A stretch of 63,580 nucleotides of DNA, filler included, from Octopus bimaculoides (Eukaryota): the NCBI RefSeq assembly GCF_001194135.2. It is 4 parts of 4 records of this genome, joined end to end, with 100 filler letters (N's around TTAATTAATTAA, not from the genome) between each part and the next. Parts side by side here need not be neighbours in the genome. Positions count along the whole stretch, not along the records: positions 1 to 24,180 come from NC_068983.1; 3 more parts are not named here. The stretch is one strand, 5' to 3'. The notes beneath the pieces were generated by a model. The model saw only the letters and a program-made list of their open reading frames with translations. It was not told the origin of the DNA and searched no databases. The number at the start of each line of letters is the position of its first letter. Position 1 is the stretch's first letter. This document shows positions 1 to 10,988 of this stretch, piece after piece. A program made the translations under genes and the position numbers.

Positions 1-600
1 ATTTGCTTCGCCAATGTAATTTTCTTTGCAGTTGGGGTAGGTAATGCAATATATGAGGTTCTGTGTTTTGCAGTTCGTATCTGCATTTATTTTGAACGAG
101 AGTCCGCCCTTGAATTTAATGTGAGAACCACTTTCTAAGTATTTAAAGTTGTTGTTGCATGGTCCACATCTATCTACAAATTCTTTTACTAAGAATTCTG
201 ATTCATTCTCTGATGTGAATTCTGCTTTTGTGAGGTGTTTTTTTAAGATCTTTTGGTTGGCGTCTACTATTCCGTAAGGGTTTTTTTTCAATCAGTATTT
301 TCAGTTTGATTTTATGGCGTGAAAGATTTTGGTTATCTCAGGACCGTGTGTGTTAACAAACTGGATTGTGTGTTCATTAATATTTTTCCTTAGGTGTCCG
401 CAGTTGGGCGATGCTTAGTTCCATCGCCTTTTTAATTCTCTCCTTAATTAATCCTAAGGGGTATTTCTGCATTGTGAAGAAGTCTGAGTTCGTTGAGTCG
501 GATTTCGCATATTTTGGGGTCAGTCACTATAGCGCAGGTGCATATTGCCATGCTGTATGGAATGTTTTTTTGTTTTTGATGAGAGGGATGTCAAGAGTAT
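1..600 (-). mobile_element. Penelope-like retroelement remnant (RT C-terminus + GIY-YIG endonuclease), frameshifted
   Basis: My minus-strand translations give NIPYSMAICTCAIVTDPKICEIRLNEL and QKYPLGLIKERIKKAMEL (Penelope RT C-terminal region). Positions 180..1 give NCKTQNLIYCITYPNCKENYIGE (GIY-YIG motif). It runs off the window edge. Confidence 0.8.
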
Positions 601-898
601 ATATACTGGTGTTTTGTGTCTGTGTTCATCCCCCACCACAGTAAAAGCGAACAACAGAATAAGTACTGGGATCAATTCATTGGACTGAAAATTATTTAGA
701 CAGATACATACCCTGGTGGAAAAGGAAGAAGTTATGATAGTTAATTACTCAGACAGACAGATTGCTAGATAGATACGTTGGTGTGTTTATAGATAAATCA
801 ATAGACGTGTACGGAGCGAGAGATATTAAAAATATATACAAATAAATATGTAAACTTAATGAAACAATATCTATAAAATGCAGACAGTATCATCAAGT

Positions 899-971
899 GA
901 CCGCGTGGCCTAATGGACAAGGCGTCTGACTTCGAATCAGAAGATTGCGAGTTCGAATCTCGTCGTGGTCG
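899..971 (+). tRNA. tRNA-Arg-TCG: tRNA-Arg, anticodon TCG (copy 1, intact)
   Basis: 73-nt cloverleaf: acceptor GACCGCG/CGTGGTC, D stem GCCT/AGGC, anticodon arm TCTGA-CTTCGAA-TCAGA, T arm GCGAG-TTCGAAT-CTCGT, discriminator G. A and B boxes are intact. Confidence 0.95.
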
Positions 972-999
972 CAAATCACTTTCTGATGTTTCTTCAGTA

Positions 1000-1004
1000 T
1001 TTTT
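1000..1004 (+). terminator. Pol III oligo-T terminator for tRNA copy 1
   Basis: First run of at least 4 T (T5), about 28 nt downstream of the tRNA. Confidence 0.6.
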
Positions 1005-1517
1005 CTTCCCCCATAAATACATTTATATGTTATGAAAATTTGAGAAATTAAGAATTTTTTGCAACCCCGCTCCCTGCCTCCGATGGTTTCTGTTTGGAAA
1101 TTAAAATATTGGAGAGCCTGAGAAGGTCATTGCTGGCATTTATCCACAGTGATTTTAAAAAAGAGCTACGTAAACTTATAATTCATTTTAATAGGATACT
1201 TTTCGGTTAGAAAATGTTTTTCTTACACACACACGGCTTCGCTTGATTCAGGTGGATTACAAATTATTTTGTTGACTATAATCCACCAATGGACCACGCA
1301 TGTGTTACTTCGGCATCATCATTCCATAAAATGTGTTTAATGGGAGAAAAATATTGAAAAAAATATCAATACATGTGAGAGTGAAAAGGGAGGGTGGTTT
1401 GGATTGTGTTAGAAACAACAGCGAAACCTCCCTTGAATTTTTCACCTTTTCCTCTGAAAATATTTACAATTTTGCAAATGAATAGGGAATACACCGCAGT
1501 CAGTATAATAGATATTT

Positions 1518-1700
1518 AAATTTGTGAGAAATTGGAGTTAAAAAATTCAATAAACTTCAGAAATCGAAATTATAGGAAATTTCTTAGAACATGAATTTCT
1601 AAAAATATTTCCAGACGGTCAAGCTTTTAATATTGTTTTCTTTTAGTACTTTTAGTAATTGTTACATACCTAATTACTAAGTAGCTTTCTCCATTATTTT
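1518..1700 (+). repeat. Unclassified interspersed repeat (second copy at 62878-63050)
   Basis: Aligns by eye with 62878-63050: aatttgtga..tcgaaatta(t/c)aggaaatttctt(a/g)gaac..tttccaga(c/a)ggtcaagc. Confidence 0.7.
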
Positions 1701-1982
1701 TATGTAGATAGATATCGACATTGATAATTCTTGTTTATTATTAGTTTTAAATTCTCATCGGTATTATGATAACAGACAGATACATACACCGGTGGGAAGG
1801 AAAGTAGTTTTGATAGTTAATTAAACAGAAAGATAGATTGCTAGATAGATACGTTGGTGTGTCTATAGATATATCAATAAATGTGCACGTAGCGACAGAT
1901 ATTAATAAATATACAAAGAGATTTGTAAGCTTAATGAAACAATGTCTTGAAGATCTATAAATTAAAGTAAGTACCATCAGGT

Positions 1983-2055
1983 GACCGCGTGTCCTAATGG
2001 ACAAGGCGCCTGACTTCGAATCAGAAAATTGCGAGCTCGAATCTCGTCGTGGTCT
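1983..2055 (+). pseudogene. tRNA-Arg(TCG) pseudogene (copy 2)
   Basis: Same 73-nt body as copy 1. G10>T breaks the D stem/A box, T27>C gives a C-A mismatch in the anticodon stem, T54>C alters the B box (GCTCGA), and the discriminator is T. Confidence 0.85.
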
Positions 2056-2252
2056 GAACTTTAATCTTGATATCATGGTATAGTGTGTGTGGTTTAGCAG
2101 TTTGTTTCTCGACCACATAGTTTTAGGTTCAATCCCACAGTACGGCACTTCAGCCAAGTGTCTCTTATAGAACTTGGGCGACTAAACCCCTGTAGGAAAC
2201 ACGTGCCTAATGTGCTACACAGTCGGACTGAACCCAGTACCATATATATATA

Positions 2253-2464
2253 CAGTAATCCCTCGCCTATCGCAGGTGTTACGTTCCAAACCCCACCGCG
2301 ATAGATGAAAATCCGCGAAGTAGAAACAATACTGTACAGTAAATTTTTTTTATTATTTGTATATATTTATTCATTATAAATCCAAAACAACACCACCGAG
2401 CAATCGACATAAACTTAAATAAAAAACCGTGGTAGGTGAACCGTGATATGGTGAGGGCTTACTG
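2253..2464. mobile_element. Tigger/pogo-like MITE (Tc1/mariner superfamily), 212 bp
   Basis: Termini CAGTAATCCCTC / GAGGGCTTACTG (11 of 12 inverted match), flanked by TA on both sides (2251-2252, 2465-2466). Confidence 0.8.
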
Positions 2465-3256
2465 TAAGAAGGATTATGCAGGAGGGGTTATGTGGTAAGA
2501 AGCTTGCTTCCCAATAACATGCTCCTGGGTTGTGTGTGTCTGTGTTTGTTCCCCCACTTGACAACTGGTGTTGGTGTTTGCGTCTCCGTAACTTGGCGGT
2601 TCGGGAAAAGTGACTGATAGAATAAATACTAGGCTTACGAAATAAGTCCTTGGGTCGATTTGGGTCGATTTATGTCTGTTTTCATCTCTCACCACCGACC
2701 GCTTGACAACTCGGGTTGGTGTGTTATGTCCCCATATCCAAGCAATTCAGTAAAAGCGAACGATAGATTAGGTACCAGGCTTTAAAGAAAGTAAGCAGTA
2801 AGCACTGGTGTCAATTCATTGTTGCCCCTGTCCATCTACTCCGCGGGATATACTGACGAAGGGATATACTCCTTATGTTGCACGTCTCGTTTCACTGTTT
2901 TTTTTTTCGTTGTTCGAAAAAAAGTTCGTTTTCTGTTTTCGTTTCTCATTGTGTTTAACGTTTTTTTTATGTCCTGTACCCATATATACATGTATGTATA
3001 CATATAGATGTAGGTATGTACATATATGTATGGATATATGCATATATCTATATATTATATATATATGCTACTGAGTTTAGTCCCCCAGTGTAGGACACTG
3101 GGCAGGTGTTTTCTACAGGGATTTAGTTGCCCAAGTGCTATAAGAGACACCCGGCCTAGGTGCCGTACTGTGGGATTGAACCTAAAACCATGAAGTCGAG
3201 AAACAAACTCCCAAACCACACTCATATATATTATGATACCAAAATCAAAAACAGAG

Positions 3257-3329
3257 AGACCACGACGAAATTCGAACTCGCAATATTCCGATTTGAAGTC
3301 AGACGTCTTAACCATTATGCCACGCGGTC
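3257..3329 (-). pseudogene. tRNA-Arg-derived pseudogene with TCA anticodon (copy 3)
   Basis: Minus strand GACCGCGTGGCATAATGGTTAAGACGTCTGACTTCAAATCGGAATATTGCGAGTTCGAATTTCGTCGTGGTCT. The anticodon loop is CTTCAAA. The D stem GCAT/AGAC has two mismatches, while the acceptor and T stems still pair. Confidence 0.85.
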
Positions 3330-4399
3330 GCCCAAAGTCACCTCTTTTAATTTATAAATCTTCAAGACATTGTGTCATTAAGTTTACAAATCTATTTGTA
3401 TATTTATTAATATCTGTCGCTGCGTGCACATTTATTGATATATCTATAGACACACCAACGTATCTATCTAGCAATCTGTCTTTCTGTTTAATTAACTATC
3501 ATAACTAATTTCCTTCCCGCCGGTGTACGCATCTATCTATTCTCATAATACCAGTGAGCATTTAAACCTAATGATAAGAAAATCATTAACGTCGACACCC
3601 CAGTATGGGGTATCGACGGTAATGTTTTATGTCTCCGTACACTAGCGGTTCAGTAAAAGCGAACGATAGAATAAGTACAAGGCTTTTAAAAAAATAAGCT
3701 CTGGGGTCGATTCATTCAACTGGAAGAAACTGGAAGAAGCCCATTGTCAGTGTGTGTGAATGAATATTTTAATAGACGCTTCCAAACCACATTGTACCGA
3801 GTTGAGTCTCACTGCGTGGCACCTTCTGTGGAATCTTCCATGATCCCGGATTAAACAAGTCCTTGTGAGTGGATTTTGAAGATGGGAACTGAAAGTAGCC
3901 CGTCGTATATATACATATATATNNNNNNNNNNNNNNNNNNNNNNNNNNNNNNNNNNNNNNNNNNNNNNNNNNNNNNNNNNNNNNNNNNNNNNNNNNNNNN
4001 NNNNNNNNNNNNNNNNNNNNNNNNNNNNNNNNNNNNNNNNNNNNNNNNNNNNNNNNNNNNNNNNNNNNNNNNNNNNNNNNNNNNNNNNNNNNNNNNNNNN
4101 NNNNNNNNNNNNNNNNNNNNNNNNNNNNNNNNNNNNNNNNNNNNNNNNNNNNNNNNNNNNNNNNNNNNNNNNNNNNNNNNNNNNNNNNNNNNATATATAT
4201 ATATATATATACACATACACACACGTGTGTCTTATGTCTGTGTTTGTTCCCTAACAACGCTTGACAACTGGTCTTGGCGTGTCTACAGATACATCAATAG
4301 ATATGTGCAAGTAGTCAGATATATCAATAGTTATACAAGCAAATAGGTAAATTGGTAAAAAAGTATGACAACCTCGATTGTGGTTGGGCAGCGAAAAGT

Positions 4400-4448
<49 letters not shown>

Positions 4449-4490
4449 GCACAAACACATACATACACATATATACATATACATATTTAT

Positions 4491-5050
4491 GGTAATCTTC
4501 AAGTTTAGGGTGGTAAAAAAAGTAAATAAAAATATACAAGGGAAATAACTTAACGTCTTACTAGTGTTATCCGTACTACTCTGAAATGTGTTTTTTTTTT
4601 AGCTGTTTATAAATAAATCACACACGTGATTGAAGTTAACTCTTTATATATAAATTACACATGTCATTGAATATCATAGTACCAGCTGAGAGATCGAAAA
4701 TGCCTCGTGGAAGACCGGCTGCACAACTTATTGTTCCTCAAAATGAAATCCTCACTCGTCAATTAATATTAGAAGAATATTGGAATATTAGTGAGTTATG
4801 CAGCAGTTCAAAACACAAAATGTTGGAATGGTGCGCGCGCCGTCGGCTTATTAGGAATGAGTTTACCTGCGAGGATTGTTTAGTACCATGCGGACTTGTT
4901 AAAAAAAAAACGTGTTATTTATTTACAAACAGCTAAACAAAAAAAAAAAACACGTTTCAGAGTAGTACGGATAATACTAATAAGACGTTAAGTTATTTCC
5001 CTTGTATATTTTTATTTACTCTTTTTACCACCCTAAACTTGAAGATTACG
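4491..5050 (+). mobile_element. Internally deleted Merlin (IS1595/IS1016-like) DNA transposon, 560 bp
   Basis: ~135-bp near-perfect TIRs starting GGTAATCTTCAAGTTTAGGGTGG, with a 9-bp TSD CATATTTAT/CATGTTTAT. The internal ORF 4661-4936 (MLEWCARRRLIRNEFTCEDCLVPCGLV) resembles the N-terminal CxxC zinc ribbon of Merlin transposases and runs into the right TIR. Confidence 0.75.
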
Positions 5051-5208
5051 CATGTTTATATGTGTGTACGTGCATGAATGCGTTTTTTAGTTATCTTTTA
5101 TTTCTTAAAACTATAAAATTACAATTGCTGGCACAGTGGAAATGTTTAACTTAATGGAAGAATGCTATGAAGGTCAAGGTCTATAAATTAAAAGCTGAAT
5201 ACGTAATT

Positions 5209-5281
5209 GGCCGCGTGGCCTAATGGATAAGGCGTCTGACTTCGAATCAGAAGATTGCGAGTTCAAATCTCGTCGTGGTCG
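5209..5281 (+). tRNA. tRNA-Arg-TCG: tRNA-Arg, anticodon TCG (copy 4, intact)
   Basis: 73-nt cloverleaf: acceptor GGCCGCG/CGTGGTC, D stem GCCT/AGGC, anticodon arm TCTGA-CTTCGAA-TCAGA, T loop TTCAAAT. Confidence 0.93.
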
Positions 5282-5292
5282 AAAATTATTTA

Positions 5293-5298
5293 TTTTTT
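5293..5298 (+). terminator. Pol III oligo-T terminator for tRNA copy 4
   Basis: T6 run 12 nt after the tRNA. Confidence 0.7.
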
Positions 5299-5834
5299 AT
5301 TATGATATAAGTTCAGTAGTTTGCTACCTCACCGTGTAGTTTTAGCTTCCATTTCAAAGCATGGTACATTGACCAAATAAATGTCTTTTATATCACCAGC
5401 GCAACAAAATCTTTGTGATTGAATTTGGTAGGCGTCAACTGAAAGAAACTCGTCGTATATACATGTGCTTCTGTGTCTGAGTTTGTCCCTCCCACAACTT
5501 GGCAACTGGTGTTATGTCACCGTAACTTAGCAACTGGTGTTATGTCACCGTAACTTAGCGGTTCGGTAAAAGAAAACGATAGAATAAGTACCAGGTTTTA
5601 AAACAATATGAACTAGGATCGAAAAAAATGTCAGTTAAATTGTATGAAATAACTTCAGCAAATTACTGCTGATGTTACACTTTTATCTTTAGGTGTTCCA
5701 GACCAGAGGCTTTGGCCATACTGGGGCACCGACAATATTCATGTCTTTATTATTAGGCTTAAATGCTTACAGGTATTATGAGGGTATACATATAGATTCT
5801 TCGTCGGAACGGAAAGTACATGTAATACACTTTT

Positions 5835-6240
5835 ACTTTTTTACTTGTTTCAGTCATTTGACTGTGGCCATGCTGGAGCACCGCCTTTAGTCGAGCAGAC
5901 CAACCTCAAGACTTATTCTGTGGAAGCCTAGTCCTTATTCTATCGGTCTCTTTGGCCGAACCGCTAGGTTACGGGAACGTAAANNNNNNNNNNNNNNNNN
6001 NNNNNNNNNNNNNNNNNNNNNNNNNNNNNNNNNNNNNNNNNNNNNNNNNNNNNNNNNNNNNNNNNNNNNNNNNNNNNNNNNNNGGCTTCTTTCAGTTTCC
6101 GTCTACCAAATCCACTCACAAGGCTCTTGTCGGCCCGAGGCTATAGTAGAAGACACTTGTACAAGATGCCACGCAGTGGGACTGAACCCGGAACCGTGTG
6201 GTTCGTAAGCAAGCTACTTACCGCACAGCCACTCCTAAAA
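5835..6240 (-). mobile_element. tRNA-derived SINE, family A (octopus OK/OR-type; exact family not assigned), gap inside
   Basis: Head gtggctgtgcggtaagtagcttgctt..gggttcagtccc, core gcaagtgtcttctactatagcctcgggccgac, tail ..tgactgaaacaagtaaaa. More than 12 further fragments occur in the window. Confidence 0.85.
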
Positions 6241-7043
6241 ACATATTCTAGTCCCTGACCATCACCATTTTTTTTCATGCATAGTGTTTGCAGGACTTCA
6301 TTATTCAATTCGTCCTGACAATTTTGTAAAGAGGTTGGGTGTGACACGAACGAGATTTGGCTACTATTTCTAGCAGGTCAGTGATTATTTAGGCTCGTAG
6401 GCTTGTAGATTGTCAGCTTGGCAGTTCTTCATAGATATGCTTTCTCTTGTTCCAAATGTGGGAAAAACAAAATTATTTTCTAATTCAGCAGACCTACTAA
6501 TAAAACTCAGTGTATTTCTTTTGAAGACGATGCTAACATGGTCGAATTTCTCGTCATGAATTAACAGAACCGTGATGCTTTGGGACATTCTCTTACGAAA
6601 ATTTGGATAAGTGGATCTCTTGTTAATGATATATCACCTTAGCCATTGACAAGAATGCTGCTGTCCACCTTCGCTAAAGTATTCGATGTTGGATATCATC
6701 GTCAGTGTAGTACACACAGATACGCACAGACATACACAAAGACACAAATGTACATACAACCATAAGGCGTGCACACAAACATGCATAAACGAACTGACAC
6801 ACAGCGTGTTATGAATTTGTCACTAAATAATCCATAGTGAAGAGGAGATTTGTGTTAAGTTGACCATACATTGAGTATTGAATTAAATAATGTATTTGAG
6901 GTTGATTGTATCAAAGCGAAAATTCTAGTGTGAATTGGAGACCTACTTAGAGATATATACTTTATCTCCTGGCTGTCCTGGAATGAATAATACATCTTCA
7001 GAAATTTAAGAGCTATCAATACCATTGCAGCCTATAAAAATAA

Positions 7044-7205
7044 AAGGCAGCGAGCTGGCAGAATTATTAGCACGCTGGACAAAATGCTTAGAAACGTTTC
7101 TTCCGGTTCTAAGTTCAAATGTCGCCGATGTCACCGAGGGCCGACTTCGCTTTTCGGGGTCGATAAAATTATTAGCAATCAAGCACTGGGGTCGATGTAT
7201 TCGAT
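7044..7205 (+). mobile_element. SINE family B, degenerate copy
   Basis: aaggcagcgagctggcagaa..gttcaaat..cgagg..cttttcggggtcgataaa; homologous to 12114 and 40344. Confidence 0.75.
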
Positions 7206-7392
7206 GAGCACCACCATCATAATTTCAGGCTTTGTCCCTATTCTACAGGGTGTCCACAAAGTGTGGGTACATGGGGATTAACACATACTTTAAGAAATAA
7301 TATTTCTTAGAAAGAATTATATAATTATGGTGGGGCGACAAACACAGACATACAAACATATATACACACATACATATATATATATATACATA

Positions 7393-7550
7393 TATACGAC
7401 GGGCTTCTTTCAGTTTCCGTCTACCAAATCCACTCACAAGGCTTTGGTCGGCTCGAGGCTATAGTAGAAGACACTTGCCCAAGGTGCCAGGCAGTGGGAC
7501 TGAACCCGAAACCATGTGGTTGGCAAGCAAGCTACTTACCACACAGCCAC
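7393..7550 (-). mobile_element. SINE family A head/core
   Basis: Matches the other family A copies (22668, 10722, 55102). Confidence 0.85.
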
Positions 7551-8433
7551 ACACACATATATATTTGAAAAAACAAACAAAATGAATCACTTCACTGGTC
7601 GTTCTAATCAGTTTAATCTATTATTTTTATTTTTATTTTTTAGTAATATAAAATTTTACATTTTAGTTCTTGGATCTAGTAAGTTCTTTGATAACTTGGG
7701 TGGGAAGATTTAAAAAAAAATTCCTTGCGAACTTTTCTGAAGAGCTTTCTCGCATTCGTTGTCAAACAGATATGAGAGTTTGGGTCGTTGTGATTCTATG
7801 TATGAGATTTGGGTGTGTTTGAGGTGATTTTGGGTTTGTTAATCAGTTGTTAATAAGAGTGTTGATGAATAAGAGCTGAACGCAAATAATGAATGGTCAA
7901 AACAAGGGACTTGATTGGGGGTAGAGTTGGGAGGTGGTGGGGTGTTAAATGAGTGTTTTATGAAGCCATTTGAATAGTTGACCTTTGGTGAGAAATATAA
8001 TGGTCAGATGTTTTTCCAGATTCTTTCTCTGAGTAATTTTCTATGTTTTAGGTGTGTGACTGAGGTGGTGGTGTTAATGAGGTGTAAGATACATGCATTT
8101 TGATAAAAATGTTTGTTGATAGATAAGTTTTTTTATATATCGGTTTGGGAGGGGTGGTGTGGGAGATTATGCTAGCTCACATATTTACTTCCTTACATAT
8201 AATAGATAAGAAGTATATATACATCTCTCTCTCTTTCTACACACACACATATATATATATACATATATATACACACATAAATACACGTATATCTATCTAC
8301 ACACACACACATATATACACCAAATTATACATATATATACACCGAATTATACACATATATACACCTAATTATATGTATATATACACCAAATCATACATAT
8401 ATATATGTAGTGAAACTATCTACGGTTGTCCCT

Positions 8434-8485
<52 letters not shown>

Positions 8486-8621
8486 NNNNNNNNNNCACAT
8501 ATATACTTACATACATATACACACATATAATATACATACATATGCATACACACATATATAAACCTAAATGTATACACATACACATATATATACACACATA
8601 CATACCTACATACACATGTAT

Positions 8622-8698
<77 letters not shown>

Positions 8699-9759
8699 TT
8701 TGTACATACATCATGTGGACGATATTTTCAATCAAGACAGTTACAACCGTATCTGATTCTTCAAGTGCTTCAATTCTGTGTATGTACATTTATTTATGAG
8801 ATTGCAGACATTTAGCAACGGTTTCTCCCATTTTCTATCATTAATAAACTGTCGGCATTTTTTAGTATGCTAGTCGGATATAATTGTCATATATACCGTA
8901 TATTAACATCGTATGTGTTTATCGTAAACGCAACAAACAGTCAAAGCTCCTACATGAAAAAGGTTAGTGTCCTGAAGGCTACATTGCATAATGCTGTCTA
9001 AACTCTGAACTGCATGGTTACGAAACCACATGATTAACTCCAGAGTCATAACTGCTCCTATATTACTGATATATTTTTTAAAAATCTACATCTCAGTGAG
9101 ACTGTTAGTAAATTTCATTTAGTGGGACTGAGGATTCACGTTTAGGTATATGAAATTTTTCTGGTATAAGTATAACTTTGTTATACAGTGTATCAAGATT
9201 TGGTAGAGTTTGATAAATGTAGTCCTACTGCAGAATAATTATGGATAGATTATGTCTTGGATTTTATTCAATATTTAAGACTGTTTACTCTACATAAAGT
9301 GAATCGTAATAAATAAATCTGTCAAGGTAGAATTTACAGCTGTTTAACAAACAAGCTTTCTGAAACTGTCTCTTTTGACAGCACATTCAATGTTACCTAT
9401 GTGAACATTTGCACCGTCTAATGAATTAAAAGATTTCAAACAAAATGCAATTTCAAATGAAATGATATATTTCATGGTTTCCTATAAATTTTCAGTCATC
9501 TTGCTGTTTTCAAAACAACAGTGCAATTTCTACGGGCAATAATAAGACAGTTTAATTAGACGTCCATTTAAACGTGTCAAAATTTTATAAAATACATTTA
9601 ATCAATTGTAAACTACACCTGGAGATATCTCTAACGCAGGTGGATTTTACCTGAAGGATCAACTGAAATTTATTAACAGACATTTCCACTGTAAATTGTA
9701 ATAGTCTTGTTGACGACAGAGTGGAGATATTTCGGATTATTCAACTAGAATTACCGGCT

Positions 9760-10520
9760 GAATAGGTATCAAGACGGAAATTATTTTGAAATGTCGCCAA
9801 GAAAACAAATCTCTCTAGCAAATTACAGTAGAGAGAAAGAGAAACTGTTATGCAGCACTGAACACCAAATTTGATATATTTAGTTTTGAAAGCATTTTTT
9901 AAAAAGTGATATAACATTTAACGAAATCTGAGCGACAAATGCAGAATGTGTAGTGAGAAGGGTATGGCACATTATTAGTAAATGCTTGAAATTGGCACAA
10001 CGCAAGTAAAAAGGACGACAATGCGGTAAGAATGACCCATTGGGAACTCTGTGGAAATCACGGCCTACAAAGAGCAAAGACGTGATACGACGAAATCCCA
10101 GAAGGAGTTACCGAGAATGAAGACACTAAAATCCCCGTGAGATGCAATGATTCAGTGTGACCATCAGATCAGACATCGGAAACCTGACATTGTTGTAGTG
10201 AACAAAAGAAAAAAAAAGAATGAAAAAGAACTTGCATGATAATCGACATAACATGTCTCAGTGACAATAGAGTTAAAGAGAAAGAAGTAAAAACTGAACA
10301 TCTATGAAGGTTTGAAGTGAGAATATGCAGATTGTGGGCAATGGAGAGAATTGACGTGATATCAGTAGTAATTGGTGCGGTTGGAAGCGTCAGCATTCAA
10401 CTTGTTGAATTCAACAAGCTGAATGCTAACGCATTCAACTGCCAACATGACTCAAAAAGATTGGACGTCCATTGCTTGGAACTTAAAGAGTTCCCCGCAG
10501 GATTCATGAAAAATAATCAG
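9760..10520 (+). mobile_element. R4/Dong-like non-LTR retrotransposon 3' remnant (CCHC knuckle + restriction-like endonuclease)
   Basis: Frameshifted translation: DKCRMCSE..HIISKCLKLAQ..(H)DNAVRMTHWELC..RHRKPDIVVVNK..IIDITCLSD..VISVVIGAVGSV. This has the CCHC, RHN-like and PD..D RLE motifs. Confidence 0.8.
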
Positions 10521-10721
10521 TAAACAAGTGTCACCTTAGTGTGCTGGTTGTGGACACCCGACACTTTACATCATTCCCAACGAAATAAGCTGAGAGTTTT
10601 AATCAAATATTAATAAAAATTTCTTTATTGGCCATAAGGGCTGACCACAAAATAAAATGGGCCAATAAAAAACAAGGCACGAATGGGGCTTAGTACACCA
10701 AAATTTAAGCAATAAAATTCC

Positions 10722-10870
10722 TTCAGTTTCTGTCTACCAAATCCACTCACAAAGGCTTTGGTCGGCCTGAGGCTATAATAGAAGACACTTGCCCAAGGTG
10801 CCACGTGGTGGGACTGAACCCGGAACCATGTCATTAGGAAACCAACTTCTTACCACACAGCCACTCCTGC
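10722..10870 (-). mobile_element. SINE family A head/core
   Basis: Homologous to 7393-7550. Confidence 0.85.
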
Positions 10871-10939
10871 GCCTATATATATGTGTGTGTATGTGTGTGT
10901 GTGTGTGTGTGTGCGTGTGTATGTATGTATGTATGTATG

Positions 10940-10988
<49 letters not shown>

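Larger units (their letters stand above)
1745..3570. repeat. Inverted segmental duplication: ~500-bp arms (1745-2240 and 3070-3570), each carrying a tRNA-Arg pseudogene and a SINE head
   Basis: The reverse complement of 3070-3570 matches 1745-2240 through the upstream flank (gattgctagatagatacgttggtgtgtctatagatatatcaataaatgtgcacg), the tRNA and the downstream SINE head (ttttaggttcaatcccacagtacggcac). Confidence 0.9.

Noticed and set aside
2853-2890. CTGACGA-AGGGA-tatac-TCC hammerhead 5' half
   Set aside because: The GAAA half is absent, so it is too degenerate to call.
3257-3329. tRNA-Sec interpretation of the TCA anticodon
   Set aside because: It is 73 nt with a short variable loop and an Arg-TCG body and flanks. 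It lacks the long variable arm and extended acceptor stem of tRNA-Sec.
7640-8140. Strand-biased segment resembling a decayed retroelement ORF (also 20880-21250)
   Set aside because: I could not find a diagnostic motif in translation.
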